DNA of 64,000 bases, taken from a bacterium. GTDB taxonomy: Bacteria > Zhuqueibacterota > Zhuqueibacteria > Residuimicrobiales > Krinioviventaceae. Positions 18,067-29,926 of the stretch are shown one piece after another. Under the pieces are notes generated by a model. It searched no databases. It was not told the origin of the DNA and saw nothing but the letters and a program-made list of their open reading frames with translations. The number at the start of each line of letters is the position of its first letter. Positions within the stretch are counted from its first letter, which is position 1. A program made the position numbers and the translations under genes. The DNA is taken from positions 288,001-352,000 of the forward strand of contig CAXXFV010000027.1 in the NCBI GenBank assembly GCA_963674595.2, given 5' to 3'.

Positions 18067-18705
18067 ATGGGAATTAGTGAACGAAGAAAACGAGAAAAAC
18101 TGAAAAGGCGGGAGGAAATTCTTGACGCAGCGGAAACCATATTTTTCTCTAAAGGAATTTCTGAAAGTACAATGGACCAGGTTGCGGAAGAGGCTGAATT
18201 AAGTAAAGGTACCTTATACTTGTATTTTAAAAACAAGGAAGACCTTTATTTTGGAATTACAGAAAGGGCCCTGAATCTGTTAACAGAAGAATTTTCTAAA
18301 AGTATTGATCCCAATTCAACAGGACTCGAACAAGTAAAACAAATTGGTCAAGCCTATTACAAGTATTCATTTGAACACAATAATTATTTCAATACTATTT
18401 TAAAATTCGATTCAAGTGGATTGGAAATAATGAAATCCGAAAATATGCTGGCAGCGTGCCATGATCTTGGTCAAAAGGTTAATCAACTTGTCATTAAAGC
18501 ACTGCAAAAGGGCATTGAGGATGGCAGTATTCGTAAAGATATTAATCCTGTAAAAACCGCGTTTATTCTTCAGGGCCAAAGTAGTGGTATTTTTCAATTA
18601 ATTGCCAGAGAAAAGAACCACCTGGAAAATTGGAATAATCTTAGTATACCGGATATACTTGAAGAATTTACGAAAATGATGGTTCGCTCATTAGGAAACC
18701 AATAG
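18067..18705 (+). CDS. TetR/AcrR family transcriptional regulator
   Basis: HTH motif TMDQVAEEAELSKGTLYLYFKNKEDL. Confidence 0.93.
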   Translation: MGISERRKREKLKRREEILDAAETIFFSKGISESTMDQVAEEAELSKGTLYLYFKNKEDLYFGITERALNLLTEEFSKSIDPNSTGLEQVKQIGQAYYKYSFEHNNYFNTILKFDSSGLEIMKSENMLAACHDLGQKVNQLVIKALQKGIEDGSIRKDINPVKTAFILQGQSSGIFQLIAREKNHLENWNNLSIPDILEEFTKMMVRSLGNQ

Positions 18706-18728
18706 ATGCATTTTATATAGGAGTTTGT

Positions 18729-20081
18729 ATGCTCAAAAAGACTTTAATAGCACTGCTTTTTTTATGTAATACAATTTTTGCTCAAACACTGGATGATATG
18801 CTAAAAGAAGCATTTGAAAACAATCTGGCCTTAAAACAAAAAAACATTGAACTGACAAAAAGTATGGAAATTCTCAAAGAGGCAAGAGGTATGTTTTTGC
18901 CGGATGTTGAGATTGATGCCCGCTATTCACGAGCCGGTGGCGGACGATTAATTGAATTTCCTGTTGGGGACTTGCTCAATCCGATACATACAGGTCTTAA
19001 TCAACTGATGCAACAGCAGCTTTATCCTGAAAATCTGGAGAATGTAAATATTCCTTTTTTAAGGGAAAAAGAACATGAAACAAAAGTGAGAATTGTACAG
19101 CCGATTTTCAATCCACCGATTTATTATAATCATAAAATTAAAAAGTACCAGTTTGAAATTGAAAAGGCAAACAGGGACGCCTATAAACGTGAATTGGTCT
19201 TCGAAGTGAAAAAGGCTTATTTTAATTATTTAAAATCGACTTCTTTTATGGAAATCTTGAACGATTCTAAAAAATTACTGGAAGAAAATTTACGTGTTAG
19301 TAATAAGCTTTATGAAAATCAAAAGGCAACCCAGGAGATTGTTTTTCGGGCAGAGGCGGAACTCAGCAGTTTGGACCAGCAATTAGCAGAGGTGGAAAAA
19401 TACAAAGACCTTTCAGAAGCTTACCTTAATTTTTTATTAAACAATCCGCTGGATCAACAAATAACAGCAACTGAAACTGAAAATAAAATAACGCCCCCTC
19501 CTCCTTTTGATGATATTGTTTTACATGCAATGGACCACCACGAAGCCATAACACAATTCAACGCCGCTATTAAAGCTTCTGAAAACGGTGTTAAAATACA
19601 AAAATCCTCATTTTTACCTATTATTTCTTTTGCATTTGATTATGGTTTTCAGGGCGAAAAATATAGTTTTACCGACAAAGATGATTACTGGATGGCTTTT
19701 GCGGTCATGCAATGGAATTTATTCAACGGCTTTCAGGACAAAGCTAAAATAAACCAGGCAAAACTGCAAAAACGGGAATTGGACCTTAAAAAACAGCAGA
19801 TTAAAGAACAAATAAAACTACAAATCAAAGAAGCCCATAAGGGTATTTACGTAGCAAATAAGGCAATTCTTGCAGCAAAAGCCCAGGAAAACAGCGCACG
19901 AAAATCCTTTGAAATTGTTGAGCGTAAATATAACCAGGGAATGGCCCCGCAAATAGAATATATGGATGCTCAAACAACATTCATTAATGCTAAAATGAAT
20001 GTGGTTGTTAAAAATTACGAGTATTCTATCAGTTTGGCTGAACTTGAAAAAGCAGCCGCTTTATATCCTATTAAAGATTAA
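18729..20081 (+). CDS. TolC-family outer membrane efflux protein
   Basis: Signal peptide, duplicated OEP pattern (FLP..., WNLFNG), located in an RND operon. Confidence 0.9.
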   Translation: MLKKTLIALLFLCNTIFAQTLDDMLKEAFENNLALKQKNIELTKSMEILKEARGMFLPDVEIDARYSRAGGGRLIEFPVGDLLNPIHTGLNQLMQQQLYPENLENVNIPFLREKEHETKVRIVQPIFNPPIYYNHKIKKYQFEIEKANRDAYKRELVFEVKKAYFNYLKSTSFMEILNDSKKLLEENLRVSNKLYENQKATQEIVFRAEAELSSLDQQLAEVEKYKDLSEAYLNFLLNNPLDQQITATETENKITPPPPFDDIVLHAMDHHEAITQFNAAIKASENGVKIQKSSFLPIISFAFDYGFQGEKYSFTDKDDYWMAFAVMQWNLFNGFQDKAKINQAKLQKRELDLKKQQIKEQIKLQIKEAHKGIYVANKAILAAKAQENSARKSFEIVERKYNQGMAPQIEYMDAQTTFINAKMNVVVKNYEYSISLAELEKAAALYPIKD

Positions 20082-20102
20082 ATATAGAAAACGGAGTTAA
20101 AA

Positions 20103-21137
20103 ATGAAATACAAATCATTCATAATCGTTTTGCTTTCTTACTTATTATTAAATGGTTGCGGCAAAAAAACCGAGCCGGACCAACAAACTATTATTCCGGT
20201 ACAAACAAGTCCGGTAAAATATAAATCTGTTGCATTTCCAATCCACAGCAGTGGTATTTTGAGCTGTAAACGGGAGGCCCGGCTGGCATTTAAAACCGGG
20301 GGTATCATTCAAAAAATTAAAGTCGATGAAGGCCAAAGTGTAAAAAAAGGCCAATTATTGGCCGAACTTGATCTATCAGAAATAAATGCCCGCTTTATTC
20401 AGGCTAAAACGGCCTTGGATAAAGCACAACGCGATTTCGACCGTGTTAAAAATCTGTATAATGATCAGGTCGCAACACTTGAACAGTTTCAGGATGTGGA
20501 ATCCGGACTTGTTGTAGCGAAATCAAATTTAAAAATCGCCCAATTTAATCTTGATCACTCTACTATTACGGCCCCTGAAGATGGAAAAATATTAAAACGA
20601 TTTATGGAACCGAATGAAATGGTGTCTGCGGGAACGCCTGTTTTGTACTTTGGCACAACAAAAGACGACTGGATCGTTCGCGTGGGCTTAGCTGATAAAG
20701 ATATTATTAAAGTAAATTTAAATGATTCTGTAAGCATCAGTTTTGACGCTTATCCAGATAATGTCTTTTCAGGCACTGTAAGTGAAATTGCCGAAGCAGC
20801 GGATCCGATGAGCGGAACTTTTGAAGCAGAGATTAAGATAGAAAAAACAAATAAAAAATTGGTTTCCGGTTTTATAGCTAAAGTTATGATATATCCACAA
20901 AAATCACAAAATCTGAAAACCGTTCCAATAGAATCTCTTGTTGATGCACAAAACAATGAGGGATATTTATGGATTCCTGTGGATAATCATGCTGAAAAAC
21001 GCCGAATAACACTTGGTGATAAAATAGAGAACGATATTATAGTAACAAACGGACTTTATAATATAACGCATGTCATAACGTCCGGCGCTCAATATTTAAA
21101 TGAGCGGTCCACAATCAAAGTTATAAACAATCCTTAA
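20103..21137 (+). CDS. RND efflux membrane fusion (periplasmic adaptor) lipoprotein
   Basis: Lipobox LNGC; VDEGQSVKKGQLLAELD; ITAPEDG. Confidence 0.92.
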   Translation: MKYKSFIIVLLSYLLLNGCGKKTEPDQQTIIPVQTSPVKYKSVAFPIHSSGILSCKREARLAFKTGGIIQKIKVDEGQSVKKGQLLAELDLSEINARFIQAKTALDKAQRDFDRVKNLYNDQVATLEQFQDVESGLVVAKSNLKIAQFNLDHSTITAPEDGKILKRFMEPNEMVSAGTPVLYFGTTKDDWIVRVGLADKDIIKVNLNDSVSISFDAYPDNVFSGTVSEIAEAADPMSGTFEAEIKIEKTNKKLVSGFIAKVMIYPQKSQNLKTVPIESLVDAQNNEGYLWIPVDNHAEKRRITLGDKIENDIIVTNGLYNITHVITSGAQYLNERSTIKVINNP

Positions 21138-21162
21138 AGAACAGAAAGTACAGGAGCTTTAT

Positions 21163-24100
21163 ATGCGTTTGCCGAAACTGGCTATAGAAAATCACCAATT
21201 CACCAATATCGCATATTTCATGCTGGTATTAACCGGGTTGATTTCTTTTATCACCATGCCGAGAAGTGAAGACCCGCAGGTTTCCCCTCCCGGATCAACT
21301 GTGGTTGTTATTTATCCGGGCGCAACACCAACAGATATGGAAGAATTGGTAATTGACCCATTGGAAGAAGCTATTAATGAACTGGAAGATATTAAAACGC
21401 TGGAATCCACATCTGAAGATGGAATAGGTATTATACAAGTTGAATTTTTAACCGGCAGCGATCCGGACGATAAATATTCGGATGTTGTGCAAAAAGTTAA
21501 TAGTGTAAGACAAAAACTTCCGGATGATATCTATAGTCTGGAAACAACACAGTGGTCTATTTCCGACGTTCAAATTATGCAGCTTGCCTTAACGTCTGAA
21601 ACGGCGCCATATAAAAATCTGGAAAAAGAAGCCGAACGGCTGAAAAAGTTACTTGAAAAAGTAAACGGCGTTAAAAAAGTGAAGCTGTGGGCTTTTCCGG
21701 AACAACAGGTCAACGTTGCGCTGGACATGGAAAAAATGGCCCATTATAAAATATCAATCTCTCAGGTTATGAATGCCATAGGCGCGGCAAATCAAAATAT
21801 CCCGGGCGGTTATATTGATATAAGTACATTACGGTTTAATGTACAAACAACAGGGTCTTATGGATCTTTGCAAGAAATAAAAAATACGATTGTTCATTCC
21901 AGAAACGGAAAAATTGTATTTTTAAAAGATATTGCCAATGTAGAGTTAGCTTATAAAGATAATAATTATTTTGTTCGGTATAAGGACAAAAAAGCAGTTT
22001 TAATTACGCTAACACAAAAAGAAGATACAAATATATTTAATGTAACCGATGGTGTAAAAGAACAGATTAAAGAGTTTAAAAAATCTTTACCTGCTTCACA
22101 TAAACTTTATACCTCTTTTGATCAATCTGAAAGTGTTCACCATAGATTGACAAACTTTTTTTCCAACCTGTTACAGGGTTTAGTGCTGGTAGGCATTGTC
22201 ATCTTTTTATCAGTCAATATCCGCGCTTCTATTATCGTTATGCTGGCTATCCCCTTTTCTATTCTCATTGGAATCGGATTTGTCGATTTATCCGGAATTG
22301 GTCTGCAACAGATGACAATTTCCGGGTTGGTTATTGCATTGGGATTACTTGTTGACAATGCGATTGTGGTTATTGAAAATATTACCCGATTTATGAAACA
22401 GGGATACACGAGAAAAGAAGCAGCCATTCAGGCAACCAGTCAGATTGGCTGGGCTGTTGTGAGCGCTACGGCAACAACCGTTCTGGCCTTTGTGCCCATG
22501 ATGATGATGCAGGATGTAACAGGTGATTTTATTCGCAGTATGCCATTGACAGTGGTTTTTACACTGCTTGCATCTCTCCTAATCTCATTGACCCTGACAC
22601 CCTATTTATCCAGCAAATTTCTTAAAGTTGATGCAAAAGAAAGTCGTTTCAGGAAAATGTTGGACCGGATTGTATCGGTGCAATATAAATATATTTTGAA
22701 TAAAGCCATCAGCCATCCTGGTAAAACGATACTGCTGACATTACTTTTGTTCTTTTCAAGTTTTGCTTTGTTACCATTGGTTGGCGTGAGTTATTTTCCC
22801 AAAGCAGAAAAACCTCAATTTTTTATCAATATAGATACGCCAAATGGGACCAATCTGGCAGAAACTGCCAAGGTGGCACAATATGTTGAAACGATATTAC
22901 AAAAAGAACCGGATATAAAAAAATATACACTTAATATCGGACATGGAAATCCCAGAGTTTATTATAATGTTATATCAAAACGAGAACGAAGCACTCACGC
23001 TCAATTTTTTATAGAATTATTAAACTATGATGCAGATCGTTTCCATAAATTAATCACAAGGCTCAGAAATACTTTTAACAATTATGCAGGCGCAAAAATT
23101 GAAGTCAAAGAACTGGAACAGGGACCGCCCATTAACGCCCCTATTGAAATTCGTATACTTGGAGACAACCTGGATTCTTTAAAAACAATTTCCAAAGACG
23201 TAGAAAATATCATAGCGTCCATGCCGGGTACTATTAACATTAACAATCCCCTGGGTACCTCCAAGCTGGATATTCGCGTCAATGTAAACAAAGATAAAGC
23301 TGGGCTTTATGGTGTTCCCCTGGTCGAAATTGATCGCACAGTAAGGGCAGCTATTGCCGGACTGAGCGTTACAAAATACCGTGATGCGGAAGGCAAAGAG
23401 TACGACATTACCTTACGCCTGCCTGTGGAAAACAGTCCGAAAATATCAGACCTTGAAAAAATATATATTACTTCTGTTACAGGAACGCAGATTCCATTAC
23501 AGCAATTAGCATCAATTGAATTGGAATCTTCGCCGCAAATTATCAGTCATTACGGACTTGACCGGAATGTATCACTGACAGCCGATGTAGTCAGCGGTGT
23601 ATCGGCCAATAAAACAACTCTGGCAATTATCGAAAAATTAAAGGAATACAAATGGCCGGCCGGTTATCGTTATGCAATCGGTGGGGAATTGGAAAGTACG
23701 GGTGAATCGTTCGGAGGACTGGCCCAGGCGTTTATCATAGCCATTATCGGTATATTGGCTGTTCTTGTTCTGCAATTCAAGTCCTATTCACAGCCTCTTA
23801 TTGTTTTTGCCGCCATACCCTTTGCAACCATCGGTTCTATATTCGCATTATTAGTTACCGGTAATACATTCTCATTTACAGCATTTGTCGGATTTACGAG
23901 CTTGGCAGGTATTGTTATAAACAATTCCATTATTCTAGTTGATTATACCAATCAACTACGCCGGGAAGGAATAGCTATTTTAGAGGCCCTCGAACAAGCT
24001 TGTCAGGCACGATTTGTACCGATTATATTAACAACCGCAACAACAATCGGAGGATTATTACCGTTGACGCTTGGCGGTGGCACTCTTTGGGCGCCAATGG

Positions 24101-24195
24101 GCTGGACGTTGATTGGCGGTTTAACAACATCAACCTTTTTAACATTAATCCTTGTTCCCGTACTTTACAAAATATTTTCAAAAAAAGAACAATGA
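21163..24195 (+). CDS. RND efflux permease (AcrB/AcrD/AcrF family)
   Basis: GLLVDNAIVVIEN, GIVINNSIILVD, RFVPIILT; 1010 aa. Confidence 0.95.
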   Translation: MRLPKLAIENHQFTNIAYFMLVLTGLISFITMPRSEDPQVSPPGSTVVVIYPGATPTDMEELVIDPLEEAINELEDIKTLESTSEDGIGIIQVEFLTGSDPDDKYSDVVQKVNSVRQKLPDDIYSLETTQWSISDVQIMQLALTSETAPYKNLEKEAERLKKLLEKVNGVKKVKLWAFPEQQVNVALDMEKMAHYKISISQVMNAIGAANQNIPGGYIDISTLRFNVQTTGSYGSLQEIKNTIVHSRNGKIVFLKDIANVELAYKDNNYFVRYKDKKAVLITLTQKEDTNIFNVTDGVKEQIKEFKKSLPASHKLYTSFDQSESVHHRLTNFFSNLLQGLVLVGIVIFLSVNIRASIIVMLAIPFSILIGIGFVDLSGIGLQQMTISGLVIALGLLVDNAIVVIENITRFMKQGYTRKEAAIQATSQIGWAVVSATATTVLAFVPMMMMQDVTGDFIRSMPLTVVFTLLASLLISLTLTPYLSSKFLKVDAKESRFRKMLDRIVSVQYKYILNKAISHPGKTILLTLLLFFSSFALLPLVGVSYFPKAEKPQFFINIDTPNGTNLAETAKVAQYVETILQKEPDIKKYTLNIGHGNPRVYYNVISKRERSTHAQFFIELLNYDADRFHKLITRLRNTFNNYAGAKIEVKELEQGPPINAPIEIRILGDNLDSLKTISKDVENIIASMPGTININNPLGTSKLDIRVNVNKDKAGLYGVPLVEIDRTVRAAIAGLSVTKYRDAEGKEYDITLRLPVENSPKISDLEKIYITSVTGTQIPLQQLASIELESSPQIISHYGLDRNVSLTADVVSGVSANKTTLAIIEKLKEYKWPAGYRYAIGGELESTGESFGGLAQAFIIAIIGILAVLVLQFKSYSQPLIVFAAIPFATIGSIFALLVTGNTFSFTAFVGFTSLAGIVINNSIILVDYTNQLRREGIAILEALEQACQARFVPIILTTATTIGGLLPLTLGGGTLWAPMGWTLIGGLTTSTFLTLILVPVLYKIFSKKEQ

Positions 24196-24232
24196 TGTAG
24201 CCATTCATCATTTAGAAATAACTTTTTACTTG

Positions 24233-24264
24233 AAGCGCCGGGATTATTTCCCGGTGCTTTTTTT
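24233..24264 (+). terminator. Rho-independent terminator of RND operon 1
   Basis: AAGCGCCGGGA stem, short loop, TCCCGGTGCTT, then a T run. Confidence 0.8.
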
Positions 24265-24293
24265 ATGAACATCCTTAGAATAGATATAAATAG

Positions 24294-24333
24294 AAAAAGG
24301 CCGCAATTTTTAAACAAAAAATTCATTGCGGCC
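24294..24333 (-). terminator. Putative terminator of RND operon 2
   Basis: GGCCGCAAT...ATTGCGGCC inverted repeat (24299-24333) followed by TTTTT on the minus strand. Confidence 0.55.
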
Positions 24334-24361
24334 CGGAAGGATTGCAAGTTATAAAAAACTT

Positions 24362-25711
24362 TTACCTGCCTGTAAGTTGAAAATATCTCGTTTTTTCAAT
24401 AATGTATCTTACTTTGGCCTCTGTCAACTGGTCCAGCGTTTCCTGTTGTAAAGCCTGGGCTTCTAAAAGATCAGAAATGCTGACCAGTCCATTTTCATAG
24501 CTGTCCTTTTCTACTTTTAAATTTTCTTCAGCCTGCGATTTTGATTCTTCGCACAGCAAATATTCTTTGTAGGACGTGGTCAAGTCCTGCCAGGCTTTTT
24601 CAATTTGAAGGAGCAACAGCTCTGAATTATCTTTAAAATTGTTTTCGGCAATTTTTTCTTTTAACTTTCTTTCCTTAATTTCATGTGTTCCGCCCCACCA
24701 TCCGGAAATCGGCACAGAGACAGAGGCAAATGCCAATCCGAGTGTACGGCCTTCTCCTTTATCAAATTTAAGATATTGCCCGCTAAGGCCGACACCAGCC
24801 TGGGGAAGATATTCACCTATTTTCATCCTTGTCTGTAATTTTTCAACGCGAACTGATTTTTGTAAAAGCGCATATTCCGTGCGTCTGGTGAGCGCTTGAT
24901 TTTTATCAATATAATAATTTTGAGGTGACCCGGTAATTTTCAACTCTGCGTCCAGTGTCAATAAAGAGTCGTAGGGTATACCGACATGTTGACAAAAAGC
25001 CATTTTAGCGAGTTTTTTACCATTTTCCAGTTTTGATTTGTTGACTAGCACCTGACTCTTTTTTAGTTTGACTTTTAAAAGATCGTTCTTCATGGTAATA
25101 CCGGAATTGTACGCATCGTCAACCTGTTTTAAAAGACTGTTTAACAATTCCTCGTATTTTTCAATAGTTAACGACTTTTCATCAAGAGAAACGATCTGCC
25201 AAAATAACTCTTCGGTTTTTAACGTGATCTCATCCTCAGCAAGACTTTTTTGGTCCTGCTTTGCTTTTACATTCAATGCGGCAAGTTTGTTTCCATTAAT
25301 AATTCTGCCGCCGGTGAAAACCGGCTGTATAATATTAACATAACCGATTGTGCCCTTTTCCAGCAACCCCATGGAAAAACCGGGGAAATAGGCAAATTGC
25401 GTTGCACTAAAAAGAGTAGCCGGATTGCCGTTATAAACAGGAAGGTTTCCACCTTCAATATCCATTTCCATTAAAGGTTTTTGAGCTTCATACATCATGC
25501 CTCCCGCACTTATGGTGGGGAAATAATGAGTCAAAGCTGTTTTTCTGATTTGCTTTGCCGCTCTGACCTCCAGTTTGCTGTTTTTGCTTTTAGCATTGTT
25601 TTGTAAAGCCAACTGTTTACTTTTTTCAAGCGTTAAGGTTTGCTGACCGAAAACCTGTGCAGTCATCAGCAGAAAAGCAATCAATAGAATATATATATTT
25701 ATTTTTTTCAT
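24362..25711 (-). CDS. TolC-family outer membrane efflux protein (operon 2)
   Basis: Start reassigned to ATG 25711 (MKKINIYILLIAFLLMTAQVFG signal peptide), overlapping the RND stop as ATGA. OEP motifs YFP.IS and QPVFTGG. Confidence 0.88.
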   Translation of the reverse strand: MKKINIYILLIAFLLMTAQVFGQQTLTLEKSKQLALQNNAKSKNSKLEVRAAKQIRKTALTHYFPTISAGGMMYEAQKPLMEMDIEGGNLPVYNGNPATLFSATQFAYFPGFSMGLLEKGTIGYVNIIQPVFTGGRIINGNKLAALNVKAKQDQKSLAEDEITLKTEELFWQIVSLDEKSLTIEKYEELLNSLLKQVDDAYNSGITMKNDLLKVKLKKSQVLVNKSKLENGKKLAKMAFCQHVGIPYDSLLTLDAELKITGSPQNYYIDKNQALTRRTEYALLQKSVRVEKLQTRMKIGEYLPQAGVGLSGQYLKFDKGEGRTLGLAFASVSVPISGWWGGTHEIKERKLKEKIAENNFKDNSELLLLQIEKAWQDLTTSYKEYLLCEESKSQAEENLKVEKDSYENGLVSISDLLEAQALQQETLDQLTEAKVRYIIEKTRYFQLTGR

Positions 25712-28700
25712 ACGGTTGTGATCTCCTCGACATGTTGTACATCTCCTCTGTGAAAGAGGTAATAGAGAACCGGAATTACAATAAGACATAAAACCAGTCC
25801 AAAAAGCAATCCAAAACAGATAACTGAGCCAAGCGGTCCCCAAAGCGGAGATCGGCTTGCAATCATCGGCACAACACCGACGGCAGCAGCAGCGGCTGTT
25901 AAAAATATCGGGCGCATTCTTCTTTTGCCGGCAGCAATGGCAGCTTCCTCAAGAGAATAGCCATGAACTCGTCTCAGCTCTTCTGCAAAGGATATATAAA
26001 TAATACCATTTCTCACCACAATTCCCATAAGGCCGATGATACCAACTAGCGCCGTTATTCCAAAAGGATATCCGGTAATTTTTACACCAAGGGCCGCACC
26101 AAAAATACTCAGCGGCATTGTCAGCATGATGAGAATGGTTGTTTTAATATTTCTGAATTGAAATAATAAAATTAAAAAGATAAGTGCAACCGTTACGGCC
26201 ATTGCATAATAGAGTGGTGTTACTTCATTAACATTCATCTCATACTCGCCGCCATAGGTAATAAAGGCGCCTTCAGGCAAAGTCAAGTTCTCTATCATTG
26301 GTCGTGCTTTATTAAAAATCGTTGATGCATATACGTTTCTTTCAACATCCACCATTACAGTAATGCTTCTTATGCCGTTCCTTCTGGCAATTTCTCCCTC
26401 TGTCCATTGTGGTTTTGCATCAGCAAGCTGACGTACCTGTATGGCGGAGGTTAAAAATGGAGATGTCACATATTGATTTAAAACATCGTCTATATCTGTT
26501 TTTGTCTTTTTATCAACCTTTAAATTCACCTGAACAGGATAATCGTTTTCCCAAATTGTAGAGACAGGAAATCCGTGCATTCCTACCATAAGAGAATAGT
26601 CGAGCAATGTTTTCGAATATCCCAGTCGACTGGCCTGGTCCTGCCTGAGGTCAAGCTGAACCGATTGATAAGGTTCTGCATAATCAGTTCTCACATGTTG
26701 AACACCTTCAAAATCGCGAAAAATTGATTCTACCTGATCAGCAACCTGCTTAATCGAACTGATACTGTCTCCGGAAATGCGAATTTCGATCGGGGACTTG
26801 AACGTGGCCATGGCAAGTTGTTTCCATTTTATATAGGCATTTGGAATAGAATTGGTATATTTTTCGCTATATTCATTCAGTATATCAACAGTTGCTTCAC
26901 TTGATTCTGTTATGACTAAAAGTTGTCCGTAATGTTTTGCCGGAAAATTTGGTGCATACAATGAGTTAAAACGCGGTGAACTGGTACCGACAAATGCCGC
27001 TACTTCTTTGACGCGAGGATCCTCTTTTAAAACACCTTCCAGTTCTTTCATAACAGTATCAGTTTGTTTCAGAGAACTGCCGACAGGAAGGAAAACTTCA
27101 ACAGCAAACTGATTTCGGTCAAAAGCCGGAAAAGGCTGTTGAGGCGTTATCAGTAAAATCAAAAGTCCTAAAATGAATGACAGGACGCCAATAAAAACGA
27201 CGCTCTTTTTTTTCTTAAAAGCATTTTCCAGATGTTTATCATAAAATGATTGCAGCCAGTCTAAAAAGGCTCCCTTTTTACCACTTTTTTCACCTTTAAT
27301 TCCGTGTTTTATAAAATCGTAACACATCATAGGAACCCACAAAACAGCAACTAAAAGAGACACAATCAAGGCATAGGCAATGGTCAACGGCAAAGATCTT
27401 ACAAAATCACCGGCAAGACCACTCATAAACATGACCATGGGAGCAAAAGAAAAAATGAGAATTAAAGTAGCGGAAAAGACCGAACCGAATAGATCAGTAA
27501 CGCTTTGTGATGCCGCATCATGGGGTGAAATACCATGGTCAAGTTTTTCCACATAATTGTCTATGATTACAATTGCATTATCGACCACCATGCCCAGAAC
27601 AATGATCAGCCCGGCGAGTGATACGGTTTGCAGGTCCATTCCGGTCATCCACATAATTCCCAAGGTGATAAAAATCGAAATAGGTATAGCTGCCGCCGCA
27701 ACGAACGCAACCCTTTTTGGTAACAGAATTATCGTAACCAGAATAACAGCAATGATAGCGATTCCAAACTCTTTAAGAAAATTTAAAATTGATTTTGATA
27801 CAAAATGCGGCATATCTGATATAAGACCAACACGTACGTCCGATGGAACGCTATTAATAAATTTCTCAATTTCAGTTTTTACTTTACCCCCGTATTGCAC
27901 AATATTGTTTCCGGGCATCATTTCCAGGGATACAATTAAACATTTTTTTTCCGTTTAGCCGAATATATGAGGAAGGTTCCGGGTATTCTCTCACCACTTT
28001 AGCTACATCTTTAACACGAATAACATTTCCCAAAGGGTCCGAGTAAATAATTTGATTAGCAATGTCGTTTTCTGTTTTATAATTTGAAGAGATATGAATG
28101 GGCCGGATAAACGTGCCGTCATCAATTTCTCCGGAATAGTTGACCATTCCTTCGGGTCTTAACGCGGCCAATACGGTTAAAGGTTTAATGCCATAGTGAG
28201 TTAGTTTGGCGTCATCAATATAGACATTGATTTCTTCCTTTTGTAAGCCAAAATGCTTAACTCGTGATGTTTCTTCAATTTTTCGAATATCGTCTTCAAA
28301 TTTTTCAATATATTTTTCGAGTTCTTTATATGTTTTTGTTTCCGATTCAACGGCCAGAAGGATGGCTGAGGTATTGCCAAAATCATCGTTTGCGGTGAGA
28401 GAAGTAACACCGGCAGGCAGTTCCGCTTTAAGTTCATTTAAACCATGACGAAGTTTGAGCCAGAAGGGTTTGGGATTGTTTTCCTTTTTTCGCACCTCAA
28501 CGTATATAACCATCACGTTTTCTTTGGATATGGAGTGGGTTTTTTCCTTATTTACTTCTTCGTATTGAAACAGGTAATTTTCTACCTTTTTAGTGAGCTG
28601 TTCCTCCACCTGTTCGGATGAAGCACCCGGATAAACGCCGATAACCAAACCCTGGCGTATTTTGAATTCCGGAAATTCATCGCGCGGCATTTGTGTCAGT

Positions 28701-28792
28701 GCCACAACACCAAGCAAGACCAAAATGGCAGTAGCGACGACAATAACCTGCTTGTATTGTAAAATAATTTCTATTAATGTTCGTTTTTTCAT
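25708..28792 (-). pseudogene. RND efflux permease split by one frameshift (possibly a sequencing error)
   Basis: ORFs 27884..28792 and 25708..27921 fuse (...NGKKCLIVSLEMMPGNN...) if one base is removed from the T8 run at 27943-27950. Motifs GMVVDNAIV and RMRPIFLT. Confidence 0.85.
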
Positions 28793-28811
28793 TTTTTGTA
28801 TATCCCTGTCA

Positions 28812-29863
28812 CTAGTTAACCAGGCTTACCAATATATTATCAAATAATTTTTGTTGACCGGCAATGACGACCAAGTCACCTTGTTTCAAAACCGTTGGTA
28901 ATTTCTATACCATCTTTTAATAGTCTTCCTGTTTCTACATATTTTTGCGTGGCCCTTTTTTGCTCCGGGTCCACACAATAGACAAAATTTTGTCCTTTTT
29001 CGTCAACCAAAACCGCCTGATTAGGCGCCAAAAGACCGGTTATGGCATTTTCGCTTTCAATAACTACATTACAAATCATGCCGGGTTTTAGGTTAAGTCC
29101 TTTATTGTTTATGCAGATTTTTACATTATAAGTGTGAGACAAGGGATTAGCGACCACACCAATTTCTTCAACAGCGCCACTAAAACTCATATTACCAAGG
29201 GCAGTTACTTTCACGGTGGCATTTTGTCCTGCTTTAATAGATGCAATTTCATTTTCAGAAACTGAGACTTGGGCAAATACTTTTTCAATTTTTATAATTT
29301 CAATAGCTGTTAACCCGGGCATGGCACCCATCCCGATATCAATGGAACGTCTCCCTACAATGCCGTCAACAGGTGAATATAAATAACAATCATCCAGACT
29401 TTTTTTAGAAATTGCAGCAGCCGCTTTTGATTGTTGTAAACTGGTTTTCTATCTCAATCAGTTTGATCTCCGGAAGATTGCCGTTGTTGTACATCGGCAG
29501 CAGTCTGTCGTAAGCATCTTTAGCTTGTTTAAAGGTTGCCAAAGACATTTCATAGGCAATTTTTAAATGTTTCGTTATTTAATTCAGCGAGTAATGTACC
29601 TTTTTTAACGGCAGTTCCTTCTGTCACGTAAACATGAGAAACATTACCAACAACTGAAAAACTTAGAGGAATAGATTCGGATTCCCTAATTGTACCACTA
29701 TATTCAAAAATATGATTATTGTTGAAACGGCTCAACTTTATGCAACTTTAACAGGAACAGGTGTGTTATTTAGCGTGTCATGTTCCACATTTTTAGAACA
29801 TCCAATCCCCAAAGATAAAATTGCACTCATTAATAAAAAGATTACAGGATTTCTTGCTTTCAT
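28812..29863 (-). pseudogene. RND membrane fusion lipoprotein with about four frameshifts
   Basis: Reconstruction: MKARNPVIFLLMSAILSLGIGC..PVKV / ..EYSGTIRE..VTEGTAVKKGTLLAEL / AYEMSLA..AKDAYDRL / TSLQQSKAA..LYSPVDG / NGLKQGDLVVIAGQQKL. Shifts near 29740, 29560, 29447 and 28890. Confidence 0.8.
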
Positions 29864-29883
29864 TATTACAATCCTCACTACAA

Positions 29884-29912
29884 TTAGACAAAATTTGTTT
29901 TTTAGTCGAAAA
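29884..29912 (-). promoter_or_regulatory. Second copy of the putative TetR operator, upstream of the MFP gene
   Basis: TTAGAC-N15-GTCGAAAA, same spacing and flanks as the site at 30508-30538. Confidence 0.55.
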
Positions 29913-29926
29913 ATATTTAAAAAATT

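Noticed and set aside
25712-25843. N-terminal extension of the TolC ORF as given in the track (likewise 44036-44161 and 45532-45603)
   Set aside because: Downstream ATGs give proper signal peptides; the extensions overlap neighbouring genes or look non-coding.
27943-27950. Programmed frameshift or phase-variable tract in the RND gene
   Set aside because: It is one of many nearby indels, most in runs too short for phase variation; a shared technical cause is simpler.
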